Shown one piece after another: positions 1 through 14,074 of a stretch of DNA of 64,000 bases (position 1 is its first letter; each line of letters opens with the position of its first letter). The position numbers were made by a program, and so were the translations under genes. Origin of the DNA: an uncultured Acidobacteriota bacterium (GTDB taxonomy: Bacteria; Acidobacteriota; Thermoanaerobaculia; Multivoradales; SZUA-115); the NCBI GenBank assembly GCA_963805975.1, contig CAWDVR010000006.1, forward strand, positions 32,001 to 96,000, in the 5' to 3' direction. The notes below the pieces were generated by a model. It saw nothing but the letters and a program-made list of their open reading frames with translations. It did not search any database and was not told where the DNA came from.

Positions 1-259
1 GGTAGGCGTGCAGGCGCCCCTTGAAGTAGAGCACCGGCCGGTCCGGCCGCGGCAGCACGATCTCCACCGAGTGCGCGTGGCCGACGACGTGGTGGGTGGG
101 GAACGGCAGCAGGTCGGCAAGCGGCACCGGCCCGTGCGCTGTTTCGCCCAGCCCCACGCCGAGCCCGGAGCCGGTGATCACCGCCGCCTTGGGCGCTGGC
201 CAACCGAGCCGGGCGTAGGCGGCGAGGGAGTGCTCGAGATCATGAGCTGGGTCGGACAT
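1..259 (-). CDS. Purine nucleoside phosphorylase, N-terminal part (runs off the window)
   Basis: Not in the ORF track. Manual translation from ATG 259 gives MSDPAHDLEHSL...AAVITGSGLG...VVGHAH...LYFKGRLHAY, which carries the GSGLG and GRxHxY motifs of PNP/XapA. Confidence 0.85.
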   Translation of the reverse strand, partial: MSDPAHDLEHSLAAYARLGWPAPKAAVITGSGLGVGLGETAHGPVPLADLLPFPTHHVVGHAHSVEIVLPRPDRPVLYFKGRLHAY

Positions 260-378
260 GGCGGGGGAGTGTAGCGCAGGGCCGGACTGGCCTTGGCCTT
301 GCAGAACCGGCTCGTGTCAGCTGTTTTCTGGCCGGAGGAGCAGCAGCCAAACGAAAAATTTGCCTGGAGGAAGCCGCG

Positions 379-576
379 ATGCCTACCAAGTCCACCAAGA
401 ACACCGGCAATGCCTGGACCGGCGAGCAGGACAAGCAGCTTCGCCAACTGGTCCTCGAGAACACCCCGACCCGAGTCATCGGCCTGAAGCTCGGCCGCAC
501 CGAGACCGCCGTACGCTCCCGCGCCAGCCGGCTCGGGGTCTCGCTCCGGCCCGCCAACCAGGCGCCGTACGGCTAG
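379..576 (+). CDS. Small basic 65-aa protein with a Myb/GcrA-like HTH pattern
   Basis: Strong RBS (GGAGGA) upstream; pattern WT.EQD..LR.L...TR.IG.KLGRT..AVR.RA.RLG. Confidence 0.75.
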   Translation: MPTKSTKNTGNAWTGEQDKQLRQLVLENTPTRVIGLKLGRTETAVRSRASRLGVSLRPANQAPYG

Positions 577-647
577 AAGCCATTCGAGGGGACCATCGGC
601 GCCGGTGATACAGCACAGTCGAGAAATGCAGTATCGTCCCGGCGCCC

Positions 648-2128
<1,481 letters not shown>

Positions 2129-2132
<4 letters not shown>

Positions 2133-3367
2133 AGCGGCAGGGGCGACCTGGGCCGCCGATCCTCGATCTGCCGCTGCCGCTCGTCCTCGCCCTGCGGTAT
2201 CTCAAGAGCACGCGGCGGGATGCGCTCGCCACCTTCCTCTCGGTGGTCGCCGCCGGCTCGATCGCGCTCGGGGTGGCGGCGCTGATCCTGGCCCTTGCGA
2301 TGCTCTCCGGCTTCCAGCGCGCGCTCAAGGGCGAGATCCTGGCGCGCACGCCGGAGATCGAGGTGGGGCTGCCGGCGGGCGCGGACCCGGAGCCCTTCCG
2401 CCGCGCCGCCCTCGCGGTCCCAGGGGTCCGGGGAGCTCATCTCACGGCCAAGGGCCGGGGCTGGCTGCTCTCCGAGGGGAGAGTGCAGGCGGTCGAGATC
2501 CACGGCTTCGACGGCACCGTGCCACGTGGATTTCCCGGCGCCACCGGCCTCCCGGCGGGGCTCTACGTCAGCTCCTCGCTCGCCGCCCGCTGGGGCCTCG
2601 AGACGGGAGACAAGGTCGAGGTGTCCTCGCCGCGGCCGACCCTGACCCCCTTCGGGCCCCAGCCGCGGGTGCGGAGCCTCACCCTGGCAGGCACCTTTTC
2701 GAGCGCCGCCACGGACGAGACCGACCGCGCCGCGCTGCCGCTCGAGGTGGCCGCGAGCCTTCTGGGCGGCGACCGCCGAGCCCTGGTGGTGGAGACCGGG
2801 GGGCTCGAGGCCGCGCTCGCCGTGGCGCCCCGGCTGGCCGCGGCCCTGCCACAGGACGACCCCGCCGGTCCGGGCCCAGGCGCCGCCGGCCAAGTTCAAG
2901 TGCGCACCTGGCAGGACCTCAACCGCCCGCTGCTCTTCGCGCTGGCGCTCGAGAAGGTGCTGACCTTCGTCGCCATCGCTCTCGTGATCCTGGTCGCCGC
3001 CCTGGCGCTGGTGGCGGACCTGTCGCTGCTGATCGCCAGCAAGCGCCCGGAGATCGGCATCCTCCAGGCTTGCGGAGCGCGGGGAGAGGCCATCCGCCGC
3101 GCGTTCCTGCTGCTGGGCGGCATCCTGGGGGCGCTGGGCCTGGCCGTGGGGGGGGCGATCGGGGTGGGGGGGGCCTTCGTGCTGGACCGCGAGCGGCTGC
3201 TCGCCGTGCCCGGCCAGGTCTACTTCATCGACTACGTGCCGTTCTGGGTGCGGCCCTGGGACCTGGCGGCCGTGTTCGGCTTCACCCTCGCGGTGTCGCT
3301 CGCCTGCTCGCTCTACGCCGCCCGCCGCGCGACGCTGCTCTCGCCGGTCGAGGCCATGCGGCGATGA
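2129..3367 (+). CDS. Lipoprotein-releasing ABC transporter permease, LolC/E family
   Basis: ALRYLKS, GVAALIL...SGF and EIGIL.A.GA motifs; ATGA overlap with lysS; followed by LolD. Confidence 0.9.
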
Positions 3368-4059
3368 GCGTCGCGGTCAGAACCGTCGGGCTCTCGAAGG
3401 CGTACGTGGACGGCCGCCGCACCGTCCAGGTGCTGAAGGGCGTCGATCTCGAGATCGAGCCCGGTGAGCTGGTGGCGATCGTCGGCCCCTCGGGCTCGGG
3501 CAAGTCGACGCTCCTGCATCTCCTGGGCGCGCTCGACCGGCCCGATGCCGGCGCGGTCGAGATCGCCGGCCGGGACGTTGCCCGGCTCGGCGCCGGCGAG
3601 CTCGCCGCCTTCCGCAACCGCACGGTGGGCTTCGTCTTCCAGTTCCACCAGTTGCTGCCGGACTTCACGGCGGTCGAGAACGTGATGATGCCGGGCCGCA
3701 TCGCCGGCCTGGGGGCCGCCGAGGCCTGGGAGAAGGCGCGGTGCCTGCTCGTCGAGGTGGGGCTCGAGGACCGCCTCCACCACTTCCCGAGCCAGCTCTC
3801 GGGCGGCGAGTGCCAGCGGGTGGCCATCTGCCGCGCCCTGCTGCTCGAGCCGCCGCTGCTCCTGGCGGACGAGCCCACCGGCAATTTGGACCCGGCGAGC
3901 GGTGAGGCCGTCTTCGAGCTGCTGCTGGCTCTCCAGGCGCGCCACGGCACCACCGGCGTGCTGGTGACCCACAACCCGGAGCTTGCCAGGCGCTGTGCTA
4001 AGATTTTTCGCCTGGAGAACGGAACTCTGCAGCCCCAGCCAGCCTTTCCCTCCGTCTGA
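3364..4059 (+). CDS. lolD: Lipoprotein-releasing ABC transporter ATP-binding protein
   Basis: GPSGSGKSTLL, GFVFQFHQLL, LSGGE and LLADEPTGNLD motifs. Confidence 0.92.
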   Translation: MSVAVRTVGLSKAYVDGRRTVQVLKGVDLEIEPGELVAIVGPSGSGKSTLLHLLGALDRPDAGAVEIAGRDVARLGAGELAAFRNRTVGFVFQFHQLLPDFTAVENVMMPGRIAGLGAAEAWEKARCLLVEVGLEDRLHHFPSQLSGGECQRVAICRALLLEPPLLLADEPTGNLDPASGEAVFELLLALQARHGTTGVLVTHNPELARRCAKIFRLENGTLQPQPAFPSV

Positions 4060-4067
4060 CCCCCGGC

Positions 4068-6494
<2,427 letters not shown>

Positions 6495-6575
6495 CCGCGG
6501 CTCGCGAGGACGTGCCGAGCCAGCACTGACCTGGCACCTCTGAGGGCCATCTCTGAAGTTTTTGCGGCAAAGGTC

Positions 6576-6605
6576 TTGCAAGCGAGCGCCACGCCGAGCT
6601 ATAAG
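6576..6605 (+). promoter_or_regulatory. Putative sigma70 promoter for bamA (TTGCAA-N18-TATAAG)
   Basis: Near-consensus -35/-10 in the clpC-bamA gap, upstream of an RBS and ATG 6650. Confidence 0.45.
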
Positions 6606-6649
6606 CCGCGGTTCGGCACAGGTCAACGGACGGCTGCCCGAGGGGAAGG

Positions 6650-9108
6650 ATGGAGACCAAGATCAGCATGAGATCAACCTTGCCCTGCGGACGCCGGGGC
6701 CTGTGGGCCCCGGCCGTCCTCGCCCTGACTCTGCTGGCCACGGTGCGGCGCCTCCCGCGGCTGCCCAGGCCCTGGCGGCGCCGAACCTCGACGGCCGCTC
6801 CATCACCACCCTCCGGGTCGAGGGCCTGTCGCTCCTGGGCGAGGACGCGGTGCTCTTCTACCTCGGCCTCACCCCGGGGGCCAAGCTGGACCAGGCCCAG
6901 CTCGACGCCAAGATCCGTGAGCTCTGGGCCCGCGGCCTGGTCGACGATCTGCAAGTGGAGGCCTTCCCCGACGGCGAAGGCGTGCGCCTCACGATCAAGA
7001 TCAAGGAACGGCCGGTGCTGCGCTCGGTCGAGTACGTGGGCCTGAAGCGGCTGTCGAAGACCGACATCGGCGACCGTATCTCCAGGGAACACATCGACCT
7101 CGGCGAAGGGCGGCCGCTCGACCGCGGCCAGATCGCGGCGCTCAAGGGCCTGCTCGAAGAGATGTACCGCGAGAAGGGCTATCGCTTCGCCGGCATCAGC
7201 ATCTCCTACGAGGAGCTGTCGAAGGGTGAGGTGCGGGCCAACGTGACCGTGGACGAGGGCGACCGCGTGCGCATCGGCGACATCGATTTCGAGGGCAACG
7301 AGGTCTTCGGCGACCTGCGCCTGCGCTGGGTGATGAAGAAGACCAAGGAGAGCGGCCCGCTCGCCCGGGTGCTCAAGAAGGACATCTACAACCCCGCCAA
7401 CCTGGGCGAGGACCTGACCAAGGTACGCGACATCTATCGCGGCGCCGGCTACAAGAACGTGCTGGTGGGCGAGCCCAAGATCGAGGTGCGGACCGAGGGC
7501 GACAAGCGCCGTCTGGTGCTGGTGGTGCCGGTCGACGAAGGCGAGCGCTGGAAGCTCGGCACGGTCTCGATCGAGGGCAACACCAAGTTCCAGGAGAAGA
7601 ACCTCCTGGCCCTGATCGAGGCCCGGCCCGGCAGTTGGCTGCGCAGCGACCTCGTCGACAAGGGCCTCGAGAAGGTCAAGCAGGCCTACGACAACTCCGG
7701 CTACATCTTCTCCCGCGTCGAGCCGGAGCTCGTCGAGCGCCCCGGCTACGTCGCCGACCTGGTGGTCCACGTGCGCGAGAACGACCAGTTCAAGGTCGGC
7801 CGCATCGAGTTCGAGGGCAACACCTCGACCCGCGACAAGGTGCTGCGGCGCGAGCTCCGCGTGCAGGAGGGCCTGTTCATCAACCTGGGCGGGGTCAAGA
7901 ACAGCGTCTTCAAGATCAACCAGCTCGGCTACTTCAAGCTCAACGAGGGCGAGCCGGTGAAGTTCGACGCCAAGAACGAGGAGAAGCAGGTCGACCTGAC
8001 CTTCGTCGGTGCCGAGGACAACCGCACCGAGCTGCAGTTCGGGGCCGGCTACAGCGAGACCCAGGGCTTCTTCGGCCAGGTCTCCTTCCGCACCCTGAAC
8101 TTCCTGGGCCGGGGAGAGACGCTGGGAGTGTCGGTCGAGAGCGGCACCAACCGCGACATCTTCGACATCTCCTACTTCGTGCCCTGGTTCCTCGACCGGC
8201 CGCAGAGCCTGGGCGCCCAGGTCTTCCGCCAGGAGCTGCAGTACAGCCCGCGCAACGACCTCTACCGGCAGGAGAGCCAGGGGGCGGTGGTCACCTACGG
8301 GCGCTCCTTCGGGCTGTTCAACAGCACCTCGGTGAGCTACACGCGGGCCAGCCAGGAGCAGGAGATCCGCAGCGAGACGGACCCCACCCAGAACTTCTTC
8401 CAGGAGATCGAGAACTCCTCGCTGCGCCCGGGCTGGTCCTTCAACTCGATCGACAACCGCTTCGAGCCTACCCGCGGCCAGCGCGCGCGCGCCTCGGTGG
8501 ACTACTCGGGCGGCTTTCTCGGCGGCAACAACTATCTGATCCGTCCGGAGGTGGCCTACACCTTCTTCCATCCGGCCACCAAGTACCCGGTGCGCACCGT
8601 GTGGGGCGTCAACATCGAGGCCGGCCGGGTCGAGCCCTTCGGCAGCTTCCGCGACTCGACCGGCGTGCGCCGCGACCGGCCGCTCAATCCTTTCGAGCGC
8701 TACCGGCTGGGCGGCGAGAACTCGATCCGCGGCCACCACTACAATTCGATCTTCGTGCGCGACGACCAGGACCGCATCGTCATCGACCCCACCCTCGCCT
8801 TCTTCGAGCTCGGAGGCGACGAGTACCTGCAGGTCAACCTCGAGTACCACTTCCTCCTCGGCGGGCCGTTCCGCATGATCCTCTACGCCGACGGCGGCAA
8901 CGTGTGGGGCGACTTCAAGGACTCGACGGGCAAGCTGATCAAGCAGTCGATCGATCCCGGCGACCTGCGCTGGACGGCGGGCGCCGAGCTGCGCCTGCTG
9001 GTGCCGGTGTTCGGCGCGCCGCTACGCTTCATCTACGCCAAGAACCTCGACTCGCTGCCGGGCGACGAGTTCGACAGCTTCCGCTTCAGCGTCGGAGCCT
9101 CGTTCTGA
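6650..9108 (+). CDS. bamA: Outer membrane protein assembly factor BamA (apparent frameshift near 6742)
   Basis: POTRA repeats (FEGNT.TRD.VLRRE), GG.NSIRG loop and terminal Phe; next to skp/lpxD. The signal peptide lies in the 6650 frame and the body in the 6562 frame. Confidence 0.93.
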
Positions 9109-9138
9109 GCGCTCCCTAGAGTGAAGGAGAAAGCAGGA

Positions 9139-9696
9139 ATGTTTCGTCATCGTTTCGCCGGCCGCCTGGCCGGCCTCGTCATCGCCGTGCTGGCCACGGC
9201 CACCGCGCCGGCCTGGGCGCAGACCGGCCAGCACAAGATCGCCATCATCGACGTGCAGCGGATCATCCGCGAGTCCGCCGTCGGCAAGGCCGCGATCGCC
9301 AAGGTGCAGCAGTTGAACGAGCAGATCAGCGCCGACCTCAAGGCCAAGCAGGAGGACGCGAGGCAGCTCCAGAAGAGGATCGTCGAAGGCAAGATGTCGC
9401 TCGCCGAGGACAAGCTGAAGCAGATGCAGGCGGAGCTCGAGGGCAAGGCCATCGAGCTCGACCGGGCGCGCGAGGACGGCGAGCGCCGGCTGGAGAAGGC
9501 GCAGGCCGAGGCCTTCGGGCCGATCGAGGAGCAGGTGATGCCGATCATCCAGCAGGTGGGCAAGGAAGGCGGCTACACGCTGATCTTCCGCAAGTTCGAG
9601 AGCGGCCTGGTCTACGCGGCGGACGGCATCGACATCACGGCCTCGGTGATCTCGCGGCTGGACGCCTCGAAGACGACCGCGCCCGCCGGGTCCTGA
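9139..9696 (+). CDS. skp: OmpH/Skp periplasmic chaperone
   Basis: Signal peptide, KIAIIDVQRI, coiled coil and DIT.SVI end; lies between bamA and lpxD. Confidence 0.93.
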   Translation: MFRHRFAGRLAGLVIAVLATATAPAWAQTGQHKIAIIDVQRIIRESAVGKAAIAKVQQLNEQISADLKAKQEDARQLQKRIVEGKMSLAEDKLKQMQAELEGKAIELDRAREDGERRLEKAQAEAFGPIEEQVMPIIQQVGKEGGYTLIFRKFESGLVYAADGIDITASVISRLDASKTTAPAGS

Positions 9697-9703
9697 GCGC
9701 GCG

Positions 9704-10786
9704 GTGAGCGGCGGCAGGTTCGCGCTCGGCGAGCTGGCGGCTCGCATCGGCGGCCGGGTCCATGGGGACCCGGCGCTCGTGCTTTCCGGGGTCAGGGCCC
9801 TGGAGGACGCAGGCCCGGCCGACCTCTCGCTCCTCACCCAGGCCCGGTATCGGCCCGCGGCGCTCGCCAGCCGGGCGGGCGCCCTGCTCGCGGCACCCTC
9901 CTGGGCCGGCGACGCGGACCTCGCCGCCCGCAACCTGCTGCTGGCGGACGACCCGGCGCTCGCGTTGGCGAGGATCCTCGGTCTCTTTCATCCGCCGCCG
10001 GCGCCACGTCCCGGTGTTCACCCCACCGCCGTGGTGGAGGAAGGCGCGGTGATCGACCCGGGTGCCCGGATCGGCGCCTACGCCGTGGTGGGTGAGGGCT
10101 CGGCCGTGGCCGCCGGCGCCGTCCTGGAGGCGCACGTGGTGGTGGGGAAGGGCTGCACCGTGGGCCCCGGCGCCGTGCTCCACCCGCACGTGGTGCTCTA
10201 CGACGGCGTGGAGGTGGGCGAGCGCAGCGTGGTCCACGCCGGCACGGTGCTGGGAGCGGACGGCTTCGGCTACGCCACGCACCAGGGCGTGCACCACAAA
10301 GTGCCCCAGGTCGGCCGGGTGGTGGTGGAGGCCGACGTCGAGATCGGCGCCAACTCGGCGGTGGACCGCGCGACCCTCGGCGAGACCCGGATCGGCGCCG
10401 GCACCAAGGTCGACAACCTGGTACAGGTAGGCCACAATGTGCGGGTCGGGAAGGCCTCCATCCTCTGCGGCCAGGCCGGTATCGCAGGCAGCACACGGCT
10501 GGGAGACGGCGTGGTGCTGGCGGGGCAGGCGGGAGTGGCGGGCCATCTCGAAGTAGGAAGCCACGTACAAGTCGCCGCCAAGTCCGCCCTGCTGCACTCG
10601 GTCGACAAGGGGCGGTTCGCCGGCATCCCGGCCGTGGAGCTCGGCGCCTGGCGGCGCCAGGCCGTGGCCCTGCCCAGGTTGAGCGAGATCCTGCGCCGGC
10701 TCAAGGCTCTGGAGAATGCGTTAGGCCAGAAGACGGACCTGATGAAGCGACCGGACGGCAGGCAAGGAGAGGGGGAGGAGCGATGA
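9704..10786 (+). CDS. lpxD: UDP-3-O-(3-hydroxyacyl)glucosamine N-acyltransferase
   Basis: Hexapeptide repeats, GADGFGY and KVDNLVQVGHN motifs. Confidence 0.96.
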   Translation: MSGGRFALGELAARIGGRVHGDPALVLSGVRALEDAGPADLSLLTQARYRPAALASRAGALLAAPSWAGDADLAARNLLLADDPALALARILGLFHPPPAPRPGVHPTAVVEEGAVIDPGARIGAYAVVGEGSAVAAGAVLEAHVVVGKGCTVGPGAVLHPHVVLYDGVEVGERSVVHAGTVLGADGFGYATHQGVHHKVPQVGRVVVEADVEIGANSAVDRATLGETRIGAGTKVDNLVQVGHNVRVGKASILCGQAGIAGSTRLGDGVVLAGQAGVAGHLEVGSHVQVAAKSALLHSVDKGRFAGIPAVELGAWRRQAVALPRLSEILRRLKALENALGQKTDLMKRPDGRQGEGEER

Positions 10787-11241
10787 GCCAGGAGACCCAG
10801 GACCATCCGCCGTTCGACAACCGCTGGGTGCAGTCGATCCTGCCGCACCGCTACCCGTTCCTGCTGGTCGACAAGGTGCTCGAGCTCGAGCCGGGCAAGC
10901 GGATCGTGGCGGTCAAGAACTTCACCATCAACGAGCAGTTCTTCACCGGCCACTTCCCGGATCACCCGGTGGTCCCCGGCGTGCTCTTGATCGAGGGCAT
11001 GGCGCAGGCGGGCGGCCTTCTCGCCCTCCACCACCGCCAGGACCGGGGCCAGAAGCTCTCCTACTTCGCCGGCATCGACAAGGCGCGCTTTCGCCGGCCG
11101 GTGGTGCCCGGCGACCAGGTCTTCTACGAGGTGGAGGTCATCGTCATGCGCCTGAACGCCTGCCGGCTGTCGGCCAAGACCCTGGTCGACGGCAAGGTGG
11201 CGGCGGAGGCGATCCTCACATCGGCGATGGTGGACCGGTGA
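10783..11241 (+). CDS. fabZ: 3-hydroxyacyl-ACP dehydratase
   Basis: LPHRYPFLLVD and FF.GHFP..PV.PGVL..E.MAQ motifs. Confidence 0.97.
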   Translation: MSQETQDHPPFDNRWVQSILPHRYPFLLVDKVLELEPGKRIVAVKNFTINEQFFTGHFPDHPVVPGVLLIEGMAQAGGLLALHHRQDRGQKLSYFAGIDKARFRRPVVPGDQVFYEVEVIVMRLNACRLSAKTLVDGKVAAEAILTSAMVDR

Positions 11242-11271
11242 CGGCGGCACTCGGTCGCGAGGCTGGCTGAC

Positions 11272-12120
11272 ATGGCGGCAGAGATCCATCCCACGGCGGT
11301 GGTCGATCCGGGCGCCGAGCTGGGCCCGGGCGTCTCGGTCGGCCCCCACGCCGTGATCGGCGCGCGGGTCGTGATCGGCGCCGGCAGCTCGATCGGCGCC
11401 GGGGCCCAGGTCCAGGGCCCGACCCGCATCGGCCGCGACAACCGCATCTTCCCCATGGCGGCGATCGGCTTCGAGCCTCAGGACGTGAAGTTCGGCGGCG
11501 AGGACGTGTTCCTCGAGATCGGCGACCGCAACCAGTTTCGCGAGTTCACCACCCTCCACCGCGGCACCGGCAAGGGCGGCGGCGTCACCCGAATCGGCGA
11601 CGACAACTACTTCCTCGCCTACTCGCACGTCGCCCACGACTGCCAGGTGGGAAACCGCACCCTGTTCGTCAACGGCGCAACGCTGGCCGGGCACGTGACG
11701 GTCGAGGACGATGCCACCATCGGCGCCTTCTCCTCCGTGCACCAGTTCTGCCGCGTGGGGCGCCACGCCTACATCGGCGGCTACACGGTGCTCACCCTGG
11801 ATGCCCTGCCCTTCTGCAAGACCGTGGGGCAGAAGGCCCTCTGCTACGGCCTCAACACCATCGGCTTGAAGCGCAAGGGCTTCGGCGACGAGAGCGTCGC
11901 CCGCCTGGGGAAAGCGGTGCGCCTGCTGCTGCGCGGGAAGATCTCCACCGCCGACGCCCTGGCCCGCCTGCGGGCGGACTTCGGCGCCGACGAGGCCGTC
12001 GAGTACCTGGCGGCCTTCGTCGAGACCTCGCAGCGCGGCGTGGTCAAGGCCATCCCCGGCCGGCGCGGCGGGCGCGGTGGCGAGGACGGTGCCTCGGCGG
12101 AGGAGGGCGAGAGTGGCTGA
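11272..12120 (+). CDS. lpxA: Acyl-ACP--UDP-N-acetylglucosamine O-acyltransferase
   Basis: IHPTAVV, REF.T.HRGT, HVAHDC, VHQF and GLN.IGL.R motifs. Confidence 0.96.
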   Translation: MAAEIHPTAVVDPGAELGPGVSVGPHAVIGARVVIGAGSSIGAGAQVQGPTRIGRDNRIFPMAAIGFEPQDVKFGGEDVFLEIGDRNQFREFTTLHRGTGKGGGVTRIGDDNYFLAYSHVAHDCQVGNRTLFVNGATLAGHVTVEDDATIGAFSSVHQFCRVGRHAYIGGYTVLTLDALPFCKTVGQKALCYGLNTIGLKRKGFGDESVARLGKAVRLLLRGKISTADALARLRADFGADEAVEYLAAFVETSQRGVVKAIPGRRGGRGGEDGASAEEGESG

Positions 12121-13066
12121 GGTCGCGGTCGGCGTGATCGGCGCCGGTGGCATGGGCCGCCACCACATCCGGCTCCTGGCCCAGATGCCGGGCGCGCGAC
12201 TGGTGGGCATTCACGACAAGAACCCCGAGACGGCCGCGGCCCAGTCCGCCGAGCGCGGCGGCGTGCCGGTCTTCCCGAGCGTCGAGGAGCTGGCCGCGGA
12301 GTGCGAGGCCCTGGTGCTCGCCGTGCCCACCGTCGACCACGCCGAGCTCGGCTGCAGGCTGCTCGCGGCGGGCAAGCACCTGCTGATCGAGAAGCCGCTG
12401 GCGGCGAGCCTCGACGAGGCCGATCGGCTGATCGAAGCCGCCGGCAGCGCACCGCCGGTGCTGGCCGTGGGCCACGTCGAGTTCTTCAACCCCGCGGTGG
12501 CCGCCCTGCTCGCGGTGGGCACGCCGCCCCGCTTCGTCGAGGTGCAGCGGCTGGCCGCCTTCACCCCCCGCAGCCTGGACGTGGACGTGGTCCTCGATCT
12601 GATGATCCACGATCTCCAGATCCTCCACGCGCTCGATCCGAGCCCGCTCGCCGAGGTGCGCGCCACGGGCATCAACGTGCTCTCGCCGCGCATCGACATC
12701 GCCAACGTGCGGCTGGAGTTCGAGTCCGGCTGTGTGGCCAACCTGACGGCCTCGCGGGTCTCGGCCGACCGGGTGCGGAAGCTCCGGGCCTTCCTTCCCA
12801 GCCGCTACTACTCGCTGGACTACATGGAGCAGGAGGTCAAGGGCTTCCGGCTCGACCAGCGCGAGGGCGCCCGCGCCATCGTCCCGGACGACTTGCCCGT
12901 CGAGCGCGACGAGCCCCTGAAGCGCGAGCTCGAGGCCTTCCTCGCCGCCTGCCGCGGCGAGCCGGCGCGCATCGTCTCCGGCCCCGAGGCCCGCCAGGCC
13001 CTGGCCACGGCCCTGGCGGTGGTGGAGGCGATCGGGCGGGTGGGGAAGCGGGGCCTGGCAGATTGA
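12113..13066 (+). CDS. Gfo/Idh/MocA oxidoreductase, GnnA-like (UDP-GlcNAc 3-dehydrogenase candidate)
   Basis: GAGGMG Rossmann motif, IEKP, GHVE.FNP and DVVLDLMIHDL; GTG start overlaps the end of lpxA. Confidence 0.85.
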   Translation: MAEVAVGVIGAGGMGRHHIRLLAQMPGARLVGIHDKNPETAAAQSAERGGVPVFPSVEELAAECEALVLAVPTVDHAELGCRLLAAGKHLLIEKPLAASLDEADRLIEAAGSAPPVLAVGHVEFFNPAVAALLAVGTPPRFVEVQRLAAFTPRSLDVDVVLDLMIHDLQILHALDPSPLAEVRATGINVLSPRIDIANVRLEFESGCVANLTASRVSADRVRKLRAFLPSRYYSLDYMEQEVKGFRLDQREGARAIVPDDLPVERDEPLKRELEAFLAACRGEPARIVSGPEARQALATALAVVEAIGRVGKRGLAD

Positions 13067-13177
13067 ATTTCGGATGTTCGATCTGCAAAGGCTGACCCTC
13101 GGCCCTGTGCTACTCTCCCGCCTCTCACGAGCCCACGAGCGGGTCTTTTAGCGCCCTTCCAGAGTCGAAACACGCCC

Positions 13178-14050
13178 ATGTCCGACATCCACTTCGGCGT
13201 CATCGGCGGCAGTGGTCTCTATGCCATGGAGGGGCTGACGGTCGTCGAGGAGCGGCGGCTCGAGACCCCGTTCGGCGAGCCGTCGGACGCCTACGTGATC
13301 GGGCTCCTCGAAGGCAGGAAGGTCGCCTTCCTGCCGCGCCACGGCCGCGGGCACCGGCTGCTGCCCACCGAGCTCAACTTCCGCGCCAACCTCTTCGGCT
13401 TCAAGCTGCTGGGCGTCGAGCAGATCCTCTCGGTGTCGGCCGTGGGCTCGATGAAGATCGGCTACCGGCCGACCGAGATCGTGGTGCCGGACCAGTTCTT
13501 CGACCGCACCCGCCACCGGCCGGACACCTTCTTCGGCGACGGGCTGGTGGCGCACGTGTCCATGGCCAGGCCGGTCTGCCCGATGCTCTCCCGGCTGATG
13601 GTGGAGGAGGGCCTGGCCGCCGGCGCCGTGATGCACGAGGGCGGCACCTACCTCTGCATGGAGGGGCCGCAGTTCTCGACCCGGGCCGAGTCCGACATCT
13701 ACCGCCAGTGGGGCGTGGACGTGATCGGCATGACCAACCTCCAGGAGGCGAAGCTCGCCCGCGAGGCCGAGATCTGCTACGCGACGCTCGCCATGGTGAC
13801 CGACTACGACTGCTGGCACGAGGAAGAGGAGGCGGTGTCGGTGGACGCGGTGATGGCCGTGCTGGCGCAGAACGCGAAGATGGCGCAGGAGATCGTGCGG
13901 CGGGCGATCGCTCGTTTGCCGGAGACGCCGGCGCGGACCTGCGCCTGCGCCACCGCTCTCGCCACGGCGCTCGTCACCGACCCCAAAGTGATCCCGCCCT
14001 CGACCCTCGCCAGGCTGGCGCCGATCGTCGGCAAGTACTACCCTGGCTAG
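13178..14050 (+). CDS. mtnP: S-methyl-5'-thioadenosine phosphorylase
   Basis: [30 protein letters not shown] and TDYDCW motifs; extended -10 (TGCTACTCT) at 13108-13116. Confidence 0.95.
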   Translation: MSDIHFGVIGGSGLYAMEGLTVVEERRLETPFGEPSDAYVIGLLEGRKVAFLPRHGRGHRLLPTELNFRANLFGFKLLGVEQILSVSAVGSMKIGYRPTEIVVPDQFFDRTRHRPDTFFGDGLVAHVSMARPVCPMLSRLMVEEGLAAGAVMHEGGTYLCMEGPQFSTRAESDIYRQWGVDVIGMTNLQEAKLAREAEICYATLAMVTDYDCWHEEEEAVSVDAVMAVLAQNAKMAQEIVRRAIARLPETPARTCACATALATALVTDPKVIPPSTLARLAPIVGKYYPG

Positions 14051-14074
14051 ACCGCGCGCTTCTCGGAAGGACGA

